DNA of 64,000 nt from NCBI RefSeq assembly GCF_006345805.1, contig NC_043003.1, positions 81,158,001 through 81,222,000 of the forward strand, read 5' to 3'. The translations under genes were made by a program, and so were the position numbers. This document shows positions 25,713-40,088 of the stretch, in pieces. The stretch comes from Octopus sinensis (lineage: Eukaryota). The notes below the pieces were generated by a model that worked only from the letters and a program-made list of their open reading frames with translations, was not told where the DNA came from and ran no database searches. Position 1 is the first letter of the stretch. Each line of letters opens with the position of its first letter.

Positions 25713-25767
<55 letters not shown>

Positions 25768-25768
25768 A

Positions 25769-25862
<94 letters not shown>

Positions 25863-25895
25863 CATACATACATACATACCCACATACACATACAT
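25698..25895. repeat. Compound (TATC)n(TC)n(TA)n(CATA)n microsatellite
   Basis: Direct reading. Confidence 0.95.
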
Positions 25896-26653
25896 ATAAA
25901 GTAATGAGAGGGAGGCGTGGACGAATACAAAGTAACAGAAAGTAAGATATTGATAGAACCTACTTTGTTTTGTTACACAAACTAACTTCTCTACTCTTAA
26001 TTGGACAATTGTTTTAACGAATCTATTTTCAATAGCATTTTGCAATCTGTTTTTCTTATTTCCAGGCAATCCTTTTGTCATACAATAAAGATATGTTTTG
26101 GGTGGCATTTTTTCGCACGTGTATCAGTGATTTTTACTCTATCTTTCTTTTTTTTTGTTAAATTCACTAATTAACACATTTAGATGAACATATTTTTCAA
26201 ATTTATAATGTAAAAATTCTCTATAGTCTAATCGAATTTTATCACCACAATTATTTTCAATTCCAATAATTAAAACCCTTTCTTTGTGTAACTTCTGTAT
26301 TTTCACAGGGAAAAATTATGGACATGATACTTTACGTTCCATTAATTTTTTCCTGTATTTTTTTTAATATCTTCTATTTATTTTTACTAATATTAAACAG
26401 AGTTATAGTAGTTGCAGTTACTCTGGTGTTATAATTGTAAGATTATTAAAAACAAAGTGGATTCCAGTTTCCGCTTTTGATTTTCTTTCAATTAGAAGTT
26501 AGCACTAGATTACATTTAATTTAGATATTTGTAGTTTAAGAAACAGTCACCAAGAGGTCGCTGGTTCATTAAAGGCCAGTTGCATTAATGTCTTATAAAA
26601 AACACTAAGGCCCATATATTTATACATATATATATAAATATACAACACCGAGA

Positions 26654-26698
<45 letters not shown>

Positions 26699-26843
26699 GT
26701 ATATGTATGTATGAATATGTATGTATGTATATGTATGTATGTATATGTATGAATGTATATGTATGTATGTGTATGTAAGTGTATGTATGTATATGTATGT
26801 ATATATATATATATATATGTGTGTGTATATGTATGTATATATA

Positions 26844-27227
26844 CTCTTTTACATCAGTCATTTGACTGTGGCCATGCTGGAGCACCGCCTTTGGTCAAGC
26901 AAATCGACTCCAGGACTTATTCTTTTTAAGCCTAGTACTTATTCTATCGGTCTCTTTTGCCGAACCACTAAGTTACGGGGACGTAAATACATCAGTATCG
27001 GTTGTCAAGCGATGTTGAGGGGACAAACACAACCACACACATTCACACTCACACACACATTAAAAAATATATATACATACATACATATATACGACAGGCT
27101 TCTTTCTGTTTATGTCTACCAAATGCACTTATAAGGCTTTGGTCGGCCCGAGGCTATAGTAGAAGACACTTGCACTAGGTGCCACGCAGGGGGACTGAAC
27201 CCAGAAAAATGTGGTTCGTAAGCAACT
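26844..27227 (-). mobile_element. SINE family A, near full length
   Basis: 'cagtcatttgactgtggccatgctggagcaccgcc...cctagtacttattctatcggtctc...gcccgaggctatagtagaagacacttg'. Confidence 0.92.
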
Positions 27228-27237
27228 ATATATTATA

Positions 27238-27370
27238 GTGAGAGCACATGTCTTAGTGGTTAGGGTTTTGCACTCATGAGCTAGCGATCATGATCTCAAT
27301 TCCTAGAGCAGGTGGTGCGGTCTGCTCGAGCAAAACACTTCATCACACGTTGCTCTGCGATCACTTCGGC
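27238..27370 (+). mobile_element. SINE family C head (degenerate)
   Basis: 'ttagtggttaggg...gagcaaaacacttcatcacacgttgctc'. Confidence 0.6.
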
Positions 27371-27528
27371 AACTCGCTTAGTACAGAATGCGCCTATTTA
27401 GACAACGCCCATTTCGTGGAAAGAGTCAGCTAATGTGCGACACGAGCATTTTATTGCTATAAACAAACGCAAGTGGTTCGCTAAAAGCTGAACTCCAATA
27501 CGTCATTTTTGACGGGAGAATCCAGTGT

Positions 27529-27616
<88 letters not shown>

Positions 27617-27671
27617 TGTGGTGTGTGTGTGTGTGTGTGTGCATATATATATATATGTGTGTGTGTGTTTA

Positions 27672-27874
27672 TACGAAGGGTGCTAAAAAGTTCCTGGATT
27701 TACGGTTGTCACGAAAGGCCGCGTTAGAAGCCCAACATTCGGAGTTCTTTTACAGGGCTTAGACAAACTACAATGTGTGTGAATCTGAGATGATGATATG
27801 TTGAATAATATCATAATTGATACTGCTGTATCTTCTTTTATCAAAAGACAGGAACTTTTCAGCACGCCCTCGTA
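27672..27874 (+). mobile_element. Mariner-derived MITE (~200 bp)
   Basis: TIRs TACGAAGGGTGCTAAAAAGTTCCTG and CAGGAACTTTTCAGCACGCCCTCGTA with TA ends. The interior 'cagggcttagacaaactacaatgtgtgtgaatctga...tatgttgaataa' resembles the mariner C-terminus (G..KL..KC....G.YVE*). Confidence 0.8.
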
Positions 27875-28699
27875 TGTGTGTGCATTTGTGTGTGTATGTG
27901 TGTATGTATGTGAGTGTGTTTGTTGAATTCTACCACTGTAAGCAATTTTTGTCAACAAATAACATATATCTAAGTCGTGTGAGATTTTGTGATTATTTAC
28001 ATGAGCGCGTGTGCGTATGTGTGTTTGTATGTGGCTATGTTCTTTGCTAGGACAATACCAATCGACACTTTAGTCAGTGAGTAATTAATTATGACTCACT
28101 ACATTAATTACTTCAGCTGTCACTTAACAGATTGGCTTTTATGATGGCATCACTGTGGATATTTCGGGTTGTGAACTGTCCAAATTCGTAGATCATTATA
28201 CAAAACACTTTGTGGTACTTATTCCGTCTGTTTATATCGTGGATATTTCCATTGTGGTTCTTTGTCACGAATTCAACTTTTATCTATCTTCTTTACCAGT
28301 TTCATATAATAAAATACCAACAAAGTACAGGGCGAGAGGGTGGTATAATTTACTAAGCACTTCCACCATACTTGAGTTCTTATCCCTATTTTACAAATCA
28401 TTTGAATTCGCCGTGCTGACCGATACACATTCACGAAAGCCATCTTATGTTTGGTATCTCAGTTATCTTCTGTTACTGCTAAGACAATATTTTGTTGTCT
28501 AGGTAAAACAAAACCGAAATCTACTCAGATTAATCGGAATATATTAATGTATGGTAATAACTAGCTGACGTAGTCGGTAATTCCGGGGTAAGCGGAGCTT
28601 ATCGCTTGGTTCTTTTTCTTAATTGTTTTGCTAATCCAATAACAACACTACAAAGTATGTAGCCCTTAAAACGGTTTTTGTGCATTCAGAGAGAATACC

Positions 28700-28848
28700 A
28701 GCGCGTAACTGTTACTTATTTCAACTACTTCGAAAGAATTAAAGGCAAAGTCGATCTCTTCGGAATTTGAACTCAGAACATAAAGAGACGACATACCGCT
28801 AAGCATTCATTTCGCCTGGCTTACTGACGATTCTGCCAGCTAGCCGCA
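28700..28848 (-). mobile_element. SINE family D
   Basis: 'aaaggcaaagtcgatct...ggaatttgaactcagaac...ccgctaagcatt...gattctgccagc'. Confidence 0.8.
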
Positions 28849-28984
28849 TTACTACTACTACTACTACTACTATTAATATTATTATTATTATTATTATTAT
28901 TATTATCGTAATAATAGTAATAACAGCATACGTATATTCACATATGTATATATGTATCTATCTATCTATCTACCTACCTACCTA

Positions 28985-29022
<38 letters not shown>

Positions 29023-30716
29023 ATATATATAATATATATATATATATATACATATATATACACACATATATGTCTTACTCTTTCGTTTTTCTCTCTTCCT
29101 TTCTCTTTTCTTCTACCGTCCCTTTTACCCTCCGCAAACACCCAAATTTTATTTAATTTTCTTTGCGGAGCTTATTGAAAGCGTATCTTACTGTTAAATG
29201 CTCAAAATACGAGACTACAGAAACAGCCAACAACTGATGAAGGGTCGTTCTTTATGTTGTTTGTCTTGTTTTCCATTTGTGTCTGTCGTTGTTTGAAAAC
29301 ATAGTTCATATTCCATGTAGTCATACTACGTATCTTTTGTTGTACATGTTTCTTGACGTCCTGTGCCCACATATCCATAAATATATAGTATAAATGTAAG
29401 TATGTACATATACGTATGTATATATGCATATATATATTATTTATATTATTATATGATTGAATGCCATGCATCCTCTTCCAAGTAAGTTTTAACTATCTAC
29501 CTATCTATCTATATATGTATATATGTATATATATATATACGTATACATATACATAAAATGTATATATAATGTATATATATATATCTGTGTGTATATAAAT
29601 ATATATGTGAATATATATAAATATATATGTGTGTATATATTTTTTCAGAGAGAGAGAGTGGGGAGAAAGAGATAGGCACTGTTAAAATATGAGGCAGTTT
29701 CTAATGCCTACTGTTTTTAATTAATTTGTGTAAATTTTATATTTTGTTTTCGCGTCCCATGCGCTTTCTTTCTCTCATTTTTGTAATGATCTGAATTCAA
29801 CATAAAGCTGTTGCTGATTTTCTCCTCACTGCAGATGTAATATGAATGAAATGAAATTTCTTGGCTCACTACACTAATACGTTAACTGAACTTGATTACA
29901 GCAACACAGGTTAGTTACACCCACATACACATCCATAGACAGACACTCACACATCCACACACTCACACACATTCACATACATACACGTGCACAAACACAC
30001 ACACATGCACCCATACGCAGACAGACATACACACAAGAATTATGAAGTATATGGCAACAAGTCTCCCTTTCTATTATCAGATTATCACACGTTGTAACAT
30101 ATTTTGGAGTTCTCAAATATTCAATTTGAAGGTGTCCACAACCTCAATAAGCAGTCAAACTTCCAGTTTATGACACCTGACCATACATACGAGAGTCAGT
30201 CACAAGTTAGTCCCCTGGTGTATGCGTTCAAACAATAATTTAATGACATTATACTACATTAAATAATCATGAGTTTCATAAATCAATGAATTCAGTAACA
30301 AGTGATTAGAGAAATCCGCCCTAGTTAAATAACTGAATGGCTCACACACACACAGACATACACTCACACACGCACACACAAACACAAACTCACATATATA
30401 CCAACATATTCATATTCCTGTATATCTTCACTGGTTTCAGCCAGACGGTGGGGCCATGCTGGGGCACCGACTTTCGGTGTTCTTCTAGGCTTCTTTCAGT
30501 GCTGTGTTTTGGTGAAGAAGTGGGTTTGACGGAGCAGCTCTTCTCTGTGACGCTTGCCGCGATGTGAGCTCATCTGGGGTTTCCGATAGAAATTTGTCCA
30601 GGTTCTCTTTGATTGATAGATAAATATATGCATATATATGTATATACACACACACGCACATACTTTATATTTATATACACACATATACACACTCACACAC
30701 ACACACATACATACAT

Positions 30717-30770
<54 letters not shown>

Positions 30771-31214
30771 ATATATATAAAGATGTATATGTTTGTGTAT
30801 GTGTCTGTATGTGTTGGGTACGCTTGTTCTTCAATACACAAAAGAATTCAATATATAAATTTAGATGGTGTTATTTGAGTACTCTGTTCTCAAAGTGCGT
30901 CATACATTCAAAGATGGCCGTATTATAACAAAAACAGAAAGAGTAAAAAACAATAACACAAGCCTAAATACTCTTAATTCATCAAGTCTTAAAATTTACG
31001 TTAGCAACCTCCTTTACATACGTATGTTTCATACGTATGGCACGAAACATAAAAATATCAGATAGTTTTTACGAGAATAGTATTCTGTGCGTGACATTTG
31101 GACACGTATATGTATGATGCATTCTGTAACTACGTTGTACAACAGACAAAACTCTATGACTAATTACATTTCGATGTCTATGCATATGATTTTGCTTGTG
31201 AAAGTGCTTCTGAA

Positions 31215-31227
31215 TATATATATATAT

Positions 31228-31296
<69 letters not shown>

Positions 31297-31568
31297 GTGT
31301 ATATATACGTGTGTGTGTATATTTATGTATGTTTATATATTATATATATATGTATGTATGTATATGTGTATATATATATATACATATGCATGCATACATA
31401 TATATATATATACACACATACATAAACATACATAAATATACACACGCATATATATATACACACATATATATTTATGAATCTATCTATATATTTAAGTGTA
31501 TATATATATATATATATAAATATATACGTATGTGTGTATATATATATATATATAAATATATACGTATG

Positions 31569-31599
<31 letters not shown>

Positions 31600-31785
31600 A
31601 TGTTTATATATTATATATATATGTATACAAATACATATGTATTTATTTATGTATATATATATGTATTTATGTATAAATATATATGTATATGTATATATGT
31701 ATATATATGTATATGTATATATGTATATATATAATTATGTATATATATAATTATGTATATATATATATATGTATACATATGTGTG
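31215..31785. repeat. Compound (TA)n/(TG)n microsatellite
   Basis: Direct reading. Confidence 0.95.
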
Positions 31786-32209
31786 TAGGCCAAAGTACTT
31801 GCAGTTGCAAATGAACACGTGTATGAGTGTAATATTGTGTTGCAATGTGTGTTTGTCTATCTTTATATCGCACTAAAAGAAAACCAAATGTTTAAGGCAG
31901 TGTAATGATTTATTATCTCTTGTCTCCAGCCACAATCAAATTAAACGATTTCTGATTAATTTCACTCTATATCCCGGGCAAATACATATGTTGGGAAGGT
32001 TGTGTGAGAAACCCAGGCAACCATAAACAGCGAAATGGAAGATGTATTAAAAATTATCGCTAGCAATAATATTTGTCATATTTACTTATTCTTCTTAATG
32101 AAATGCAATGTGTTTCCATAGATAATGTATCATGTTGTGAATGTTAACGCACAAACACACATAAATGTAACGTGACATATATGTACATATGTATAATGTA
32201 CATGTAAAT

Positions 32210-32314
32210 ACCATATATATATATATAATATATATATAATATATATATAATATATACACACACATACATACATACATATATTATATATATAATATATATA
32301 TACATATATATATA

Positions 32315-32357
<43 letters not shown>

Positions 32358-32430
32358 TATATTATATATATATATACTATATATATATATATACACACAC
32401 ATACATACATACATACATATATATATATAC

Positions 32431-32462
<32 letters not shown>

Positions 32463-32490
32463 GTGCATATATATATTTATATATACATAA
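32210..32490. repeat. Compound (TA)n/(CATA)n microsatellite
   Basis: Direct reading. Confidence 0.95.
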
Positions 32491-33800
32491 TGAACAAGCA
32501 TTAAGGACTCAATATATGACACGTATAATTCCATCTGTTCAAATGATGATTCGTGGCTTTACTTCAAATAATACGAATGTTAGTTAATCTTATGGCCGTA
32601 CTCGTCTATAATGAAAAATATATCGTTATTCATATTTGTAACGATCTTACTCATTCATTTGTTAACACAGAGACCATTCGTAGTGCAGTTTTTACAACTG
32701 GGAAACAAGCTATTTCCTCTTAATGAGAAAGAACTGTTTTTGAAATGCGTGTAAGGTTGGGAATTTGGTTTCATTTCTTATTTGATTGATATCTTGTTAT
32801 ATCTACGGCACACAGTGCTCATATGAGTAACATTTTCTTAAGAGGTATTAGCTATAGGAGACTGGTTTGTAAAAGTCACGACCTTCAACGTAAATTACCC
32901 GTTGGTATTCCCTAGCGAATGTTTCTGTCCCAATTGTCAGCTGTCGGTTCACCTAGATTGCATTTCGAAATCTAGTGTAGCGAAATCCTATTGAATTTTG
33001 TATTTCCTTACATAGAGACATAGCATGGAGGTTTATTCTTTTCTTTTTATGATGTGGCTTGAGTCTAAATTTTCCTGCAATATCTATTTGACAGTGAATA
33101 ACGTGTCTGATGTATGCCTGTTTCTTTGTAACAATACCCTGTTCAATCCGGGATGGTGCCGGTTACTTCCTAGTTTTACTTTTATTAATCTAATACAAAT
33201 TCACAAATTGGTGACAACATATTAATTTCGTACCTAAGCGCGTAAATGTGATGCATGTTTTTGATCTAATATTCTCGGTTAACACGATGTACGTCTTTAT
33301 AGTGGATTTTCCAATATATTTATCTGTCTTCTCTTTCGTCTTAAAAGTACTTGCTATCCAAATTATATGTAGTTCTGCCTCATGATTCGCATTCTGGTTA
33401 TAGTATCAGTGAATGTGTAAAGATTATATTAATGTGATACCATAAATTACGCATACAGTTACCTCTGGCCTTTTAGAGCTTCTACTTAAGAGTTTGCGCT
33501 ATATTTGTTAAGCAGAAAATAGCTAACTAGTCAGAGTAGGGAAGGTTCAAGTAGCTTTAGTAAAAACGTTAATATGTTGATGCGTAAATATATTTGTGAC
33601 GAACTACATTTCCTTTAAACTTAGTTTCATAATCCGTCTATTCTATACCTGTATTATTTTTCAATGTGTATTTTTTTTTTCATATTTCCGTATGGATGAT
33701 TTAGAGTTTGTTTTCAACTGTTACATATCGATATTTGTACATCTCTATGGTCTTACATTTTGGATGAAGTTATTTGTTGTTTAACTACCATCTATTTCAG

Positions 33801-33852
33801 GTTGATCGTAAAACTTCCTCTGTTAGCTTCAGATTTCTTTCAGGATTCAAAG
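33801..33852 (+). CDS. Candidate 52-nt internal exon, product unknown
   Basis: Acceptor 'ttaactaccatctatttcag|' and donor 'AAAG|gtaaaa'. Two frames are open (VDRKTSSVSFRFLSGFK or LIVKLPLLASDFFQDSK). No homology recognised. Confidence 0.25.
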
Positions 33853-34808
33853 GTAAAATTTCGTTTGTTTCTAGAATTTGTTTCTTTTTACCGGAATTCA
33901 GTCCTGATTGAACAAAAGGGAACTCTAAACTAAATGCCAACATCAAAAACACTACAAAGAGAACTTCAAGCTATAGAATGGCTCTGTTTCTAGATGTAAA
34001 CATTTAGATTGTAAATAGTAGATGCAGTAAGTCTTCACCACAGATAAAGTATATGTATATACAGTCATAGGCATTGTGAATTTATACATACATAGAAAAC
34101 ATCAGCTGTGAAAGTTCGACCAAGATATACTGTCAAATGTTCCTCCACAAATGGAGCACCAGATAAAGAACTCTACATGATGAAGTAAAAAACAAATACC
34201 AGCCAACAAAAGTTATACTAAATAATAGTCAAAGCTCCTGAAACAAACAGTCACAAATGTAATGGAATAAATACATTAGAGACTATGCATATTAAAAATA
34301 TAAACATCAAATTAAGAAAATATAATTACATTACAACAGCCATTTTTGTACTAACTATAAATTAGAGAAAAGTAATAATACCCTCATAGCATACAACTGA
34401 AGATGCTTTGTACCAATTACTAAACTAACATTAATAATTTATTGCAAAGAAAATAAAATAAAACATCATAACAACGTAAACATACAAGCTTATGAACCAT
34501 ATATTAATGATCAGCGTCATTAACAGAGCTGATTGCAAACATAGAAGTTACATAAATTTGCATCATATAGAACACCCTCTACCTTACGCCCTCTGCACTT
34601 ACAATAAATTGCATGTCTACATCTGATAACACGTAATTAGGAAAACACGAATAAGCAATACATAACATACAGAGAATTCCGTACACAAACAATAAACGGT
34701 TAATGATTGAAGTAGTATCCATAAAACAGTAAAGTGGTTAAAGAAAGAGAAATAAATTACACTAACCAGAAACAAAAATAAACATTCCATGAATGATGAC
34801 ATATAAAT

Positions 34809-34870
34809 CTAGCAGCTAGATATCAGAATTCCTGCCGCAATGTTAATACCAAACATACTGGGCCTGACTG
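34809..34870 (-). CDS. Candidate terminal coding exon (xVRPSMFGINIAAGILISSC*)
   Basis: Minus-strand acceptor 'ctgatgttgtgtttcgcaattgctttacag|'. It is followed by a long microsatellite-free U-rich tract with AATAAA at 34438-34443 (minus). Confidence 0.3.
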
Positions 34871-36283
34871 CTGTAAAGCAATTGCGAAACACAACATCAG
34901 AATGAATATGAAATCGTGAAGGCCTGGAAATTTACTAATAGGTTTAGGAATTTTATTATTCCAAACAAGCTGCAACTCGTAAGAAAATATGAAGGGAACA
35001 AACAAAACGTGACGAAAAGACAGAAGACAGTTGTTTTTTTGTTGTTGTTTTTTGTTGTTTTTTTTTTGGTTTTTCAATACATTTTTTTATACAGGTGTGT
35101 TTATGTATTGTTGCTCTTTAAAACAGTTATTTTGTTCAAATTATGACTGTAGTTCATTTATGATTAATGAATTGACTATTTGTTTAATTAGTCAAAGAGT
35201 TACTTCAGCAAATTCTTTCGTCACACTACGTCGACCTCGTTACTGAATCACCTTGCCCGCATTTTATCTTAATGCAGGCGAAGGAAGCAGTGAAAGATCA
35301 CAGAAGCGTTATGAAATACTTTAACAGAGCAGAGAGTTAATTGGTTGTTTTATTAATTAGTTGGTTAACTGAAAGCAAAGAAAAGGTGAACTACAAACTG
35401 GGCGGGTGTTTCTGTTAACATACTTGCCCAAAAGAAAGAAACAAACAAAAAAATTTTTAACACATGATTTCACATAATTTCGTAAAGCAAACACAACACT
35501 ATCTTTCTTTCTCCACACAAATGATCAGAGACACACACTCACAAACACAAACAAATACACACACTAGACACACACTAAAATTCCATTAATCCGGTGTTCG
35601 ATATTTCAAAAATCTGATTGTCCGACACATTTTACACTTCACCAACTTCTTCCTAAGTGCCCTCATTGTCCATTAGATTGCATCAACAGAAGTACGTGAC
35701 AGATACTATATTTCATTCACTCCAGCCCGACAAAAAGTAAAACTGACCTTGGTAGTTTTTTGCAAAATAATGGGTCGGAACTAAATCCTTTACTTCTACA
35801 GACGCAGAGAGAGAAACTTAGAGAAAGAAGGATAAACGATCACCTCTCTCAACTGCTATTTATTCTATCAGCCGAGGCAAAGTCTATCTCAGCTGAACTA
35901 GAATAAGAACCGAATATTAGAACATGTTCCATCCGATGCTCTCGAAACGTTACCAATCATTGCAAAAATGTAAAATGCATAATAAATTATTTCAGAAAGC
36001 TACTAATAATTACTTTCAGACACACAAGTAAAGGATTTCACAACATAACAACAACTGTGATGACTTACTGGTATATTTATTGAGAAAGATGATTTCATAT
36101 ATATAACGATTACCAAATATATATAGTTATTTGAATACTGACTCAAACACAAGATCCTCATCCATATTGTCTCATTTCAACTCAATGGACTTTTTCTACG
36201 TCTCTGTGTCTTTTCTTGACACTTCCCACAAGTACACACACGCAGGTAAATAGATATGTGTGTGTGTGTATGTGTCTATAAAA

Positions 36284-36458
36284 GGCGCAAGAGTGGCGGT
36301 GTGGTAAGCAGCTTGCTTACCAGCTACATAGTGCCGGGTTCAGTTGCACTGCGTAGCACTTTAGGCATGTATCTTCTACTATAGCCTCGGGCCGACCAAA
36401 GCCTTGTGAAGGGCTTTGGTAGACGGAAACTGAAAGAAACCCGTCGTATATATATATG

Positions 36459-36495
<37 letters not shown>

Positions 36496-36712
36496 ATGTG
36501 TGTGTGCGTCTGTGTTTGTCCGTGTTTGTCCCCCCAACATCGCTTGACAACCGATGGTGGCGTGTTTACGTCCCCGTAACTTTGCGGTTCGGCAACAGAG
36601 ACCGATGGAATAAGTACTAGGGTTACAAAGAATAAGTCCTGAGGTCGAGTTGCTCGACTAAAGACTGTGCTCCAGCATGGCTGCAGTCAAATGACTGAAA
36701 CAATTAGAAGAG
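36284..36712 (+). mobile_element. SINE family A, full length
   Basis: Head, internal (TA)(TG)n and tail motifs are all present. Confidence 0.92.
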
Positions 36713-36746
36713 TATATCTACATATATTATAGCTATATATAAATAT

Positions 36747-36790
<44 letters not shown>

Positions 36791-37299
36791 CGCGGAACAC
36801 CTTCGTGACATCCACCTTGCGAACGACACACCGGTCTCACGCCATTTCCGCTCCACCGGTCACTCCTTGCAACACCTATCTGTGTTCGGTTTGTCCTTAC
36901 ACAGAGGCCATCCGGATTCCCGTTTGCGCCGTGAACAGGAATTAATCTTCTCTCTTCGCTCTTATACGCGCCATTTGGTCTCAATTCTCCCCCCCTCTCC
37001 TCATCTAACCCCCCCCCTCCCCCCCCTCACCTATCCTTTCTCCTCCCCCCCCCCGACCCCTACTTCTTCAGTCCTTTATCCTTTCACCCCTACTCCCCTT
37101 CCCTTCTTCCATCTTTCTCCCTCCCTCTTCCCCTTCCCTCTGCTCCCTCTCTCCCCTTCCTTCTTCCCCCATCCTCTCCTCTTCCCCCTTCTCCTCCCCC
37201 TCTTCTTCCCCTCCCCTTCAATCCCCCTCTTCTCCCCCTCCCCCTCTTCTCCTCACTACACCACATGACTTTACACATCACATCACATATGATGTGCCA

Positions 37300-37630
37300 T
37301 ACTAATACACACACCAACTAATACATACTAATACGTACTAATACATACTAGTACATACTAATACTTACACCAACCCTATACATACACACGTCCACCCCCC
37401 GCATACGCACTTATACTCTCTCACACACACACCACCTATACATACCAATACGTACTAATACATACTAATACATACTAATACATACACCAACCCCATACAT
37501 ACGCACGTCCAGACCAATCCTACGCACTAATACTCTCTCATACACACACACACACCACACACCACCCTTATACATACTAATACATACACCAACCCTATAC
37601 ATACACACATCCAGACCCCTCCCACGCACT
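37300..37630 (+). repeat. Minisatellite (about three ~110-bp units built on TACTAATACA repeats) inside the PLE tail
   Basis: Recurrent 'tactaatacatacaccaaccctatacatacacacgtcca'. Confidence 0.75.
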
Positions 37631-37802
37631 TTTAGCTGGTCCCTCACCCTTTTATCAACCCTATTATCTCCCCTTATTTCGCTCTCGCGTCTCATGTTTG
37701 ATCTTTGACCTCTGGCCGAAATCAGATCGCCATGTTGATTCGTTAGCTACTGCACGCATTTTTTTCTCTCTCCTTCTTTCTGTGTTTTTCTCTCTCTGTG
37801 TA

Positions 37803-37840
37803 TCTTTCTGTTGAAGAGCGTAGGCTCGAAACGTTAAAGA
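37803..37840 (+). ncRNA. Minimal type I hammerhead ribozyme (A6>U in core)
   Basis: TCTTT-CTGTTGA-A-GAGC(GTAG)GCTC-GAA-ACGT-T-AAAGA. Confidence 0.65.
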
Positions 37841-37940
37841 CTTGTTTTTTTTATATTTCCTGAGCGCCATACTAATACAATTGTTCGTTTGTTTTCCACC
37901 TGCCTTCGTCGTCTTTGTTTATTTTCATAAAGCTTCCCGT

Positions 37941-37953
37941 TATATATATATGT

Positions 37954-38004
<51 letters not shown>

Positions 38005-38009
38005 ATATA

Positions 38010-38050
<41 letters not shown>

Positions 38051-38063
38051 TATATATATATAT

Positions 38064-38151
<88 letters not shown>
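37941..38151. repeat. (TA)n microsatellite
   Basis: Direct reading. Confidence 0.97.
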
Positions 38152-38481
38152 TAACTTTTACCACCAGAATAACATCTTTTCCAGGTGGATATCCACATGT
38201 TTTCCTAGGGTTAATAGGTAGTAACATGATCCTATGCAGAGCTGCCACCTTACATTGGCAACTAGATTTTAGTATGCACTATAGTTATTACTTAGTTCTC
38301 ATTCAGCTCGTTGTAAATCTCTGAATAAGAACTAAGTAGTAAATATACTGCACAGTAAAATCTATTTTGCCAACGTAAGGTGGCGGTCCTGCATATGCTA
38401 TGTGATAAAAAGCTGTGTGGTTTCGGGTTCAGTTCCAAACGTTTGTGAATGGGTTTGGTAGACGGAATCTGAAAGAAACCC

Positions 38482-38532
<51 letters not shown>

Positions 38533-38534
<2 letters not shown>

Positions 38535-38701
38535 CGCAGGAGTGGCTGTGTGGCAGTAGCTTGCTAACCAACCACATGGTTCCGGGTTCAGTCCCACTGC
38601 GTGCATCTTGGGCATGTGTCTTCTGCTATAGCCCCGGGCCGACCAAAGCCTTGTGAGTGGATTTGGTAGACGGAAACTCAAAGAAGCCTGTCGCGTATAT
38701 G

Positions 38702-38762
<61 letters not shown>

Positions 38763-39009
38763 TATATATGTGTGTGTGTGTGTATGTGTGTTTGTGTGTG
38801 TGTGTGTTTTTTCCCCTAGCATTGCTTGACAACCGATGCTGGTGTGTTTACGTCCCAATCACTTAGCAGTTCGGCAAAAGAGACCGATAGAATAAGTACT
38901 GGGCTTACAAAAAATAAGTCCCGGGGTCGATTTGCTCGACTAAAGGCGGTGCTCCAGCATGGCCGCAGTCAAATGACTGAAACAAGTAAAAGAGTAAAAG
39001 AGTAAAGAG
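38533..39009 (+). mobile_element. SINE family A, full length, well preserved
   Basis: 'ggcgcaggagtggctgtgtgg...gcggtgctccagcatggccgcagtcaaatgactgaaacaagtaaaagag'. An internally deleted head copy precedes it at ~38408-38482. Confidence 0.95.
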
Positions 39010-39360
39010 TATATATATATAGAGAGAGAGATGTATGTATGAATATAGATATATATAACGGTGCCTTGTTGCATTCTCATAGTAGGAGCCGCTTGTTAGG
39101 ATGTAATGCGCATAAAGTCGCCGTTATTTACAAATTCCTGTGCTGAAAAATATGAATAGTAAAAGAAGCACCAAAGAAGTTCAAATAAACGACAAAGCAG
39201 CAATTACGTCACTACTTTCAGCCCGTTCGGCTCAGAGAATGACACAACACACGCACACTCATACAATCTCTCACAAGTGTGTTTGTTTCTGTCTGACTAT
39301 TTGTATGAGTATGTATATATGATGAAAGCTCACTGTATACAAATTCAGCAAAGAAGAATA

Positions 39361-39770
<410 letters not shown>

Positions 39771-39935
39771 CACATAGTCATTTTTGCTGAATTTGTGTGC
39801 CGTGCAGTTTCATCAGAGATTGTAAGTTGTACTTACGACATTTGTATCAAGTGGAAGTCCTTACAGCCCATAAGCACAAAACAGTTATATTTGCTTTCAC
39901 TTCATACTTATTTATCTTTTCCACAAAAATCCCCA

Positions 39936-39971
<36 letters not shown>

Positions 39972-40005
39972 CATCATCATTATTATTATTATTATTATTA
40001 TTATG

Positions 40006-40069
<64 letters not shown>

Positions 40070-40088
40070 TATTATTATTATTATTTAT
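39936..40088. repeat. (TAT)n trinucleotide array
   Basis: Direct reading. Confidence 0.97.

Larger units (their letters stand above)
36791..37940 (+). mobile_element. 5'-truncated Penelope-like element: GIY-YIG C-terminus, C-rich tail, minisatellite, hammerhead
   Basis: 36792-36988 reads AEHLRDIHLANDTPVSRHFRSTGHSLQHLSVFGL...RLRREQELIFSLRSY/(frameshift)APFGLNS, the typical PLE endonuclease end (EH...PV..HF...H...R...E...I..L.T..P.GLN). (TA)n lies on both sides. Confidence 0.85.

Noticed and set aside
26309-26435. Acceptor followed by a hydrophobic open frame
   Set aside because: The hydrophobicity is explained by T-rich composition, and there is no donor or homology.
29150-29390. CTGATGAAGGG at 29234 within a probable interspersed repeat
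   Set aside because: No downstream stem II or GAAA. It may be a rearranged pLTR relic but is unsupported here.
35222-35270. Minus-frame KCGQGDSVTRST*CD resembling a thrombospondin repeat
   Set aside because: In-frame stop, no W-x-x-W motif and weak splice context.
37300-37630. Repeat-spacer-like periodicity (CRISPR-like)
   Set aside because: The units are degenerate tandem minisatellites without unique spacers, in a eukaryotic context with no cas genes.
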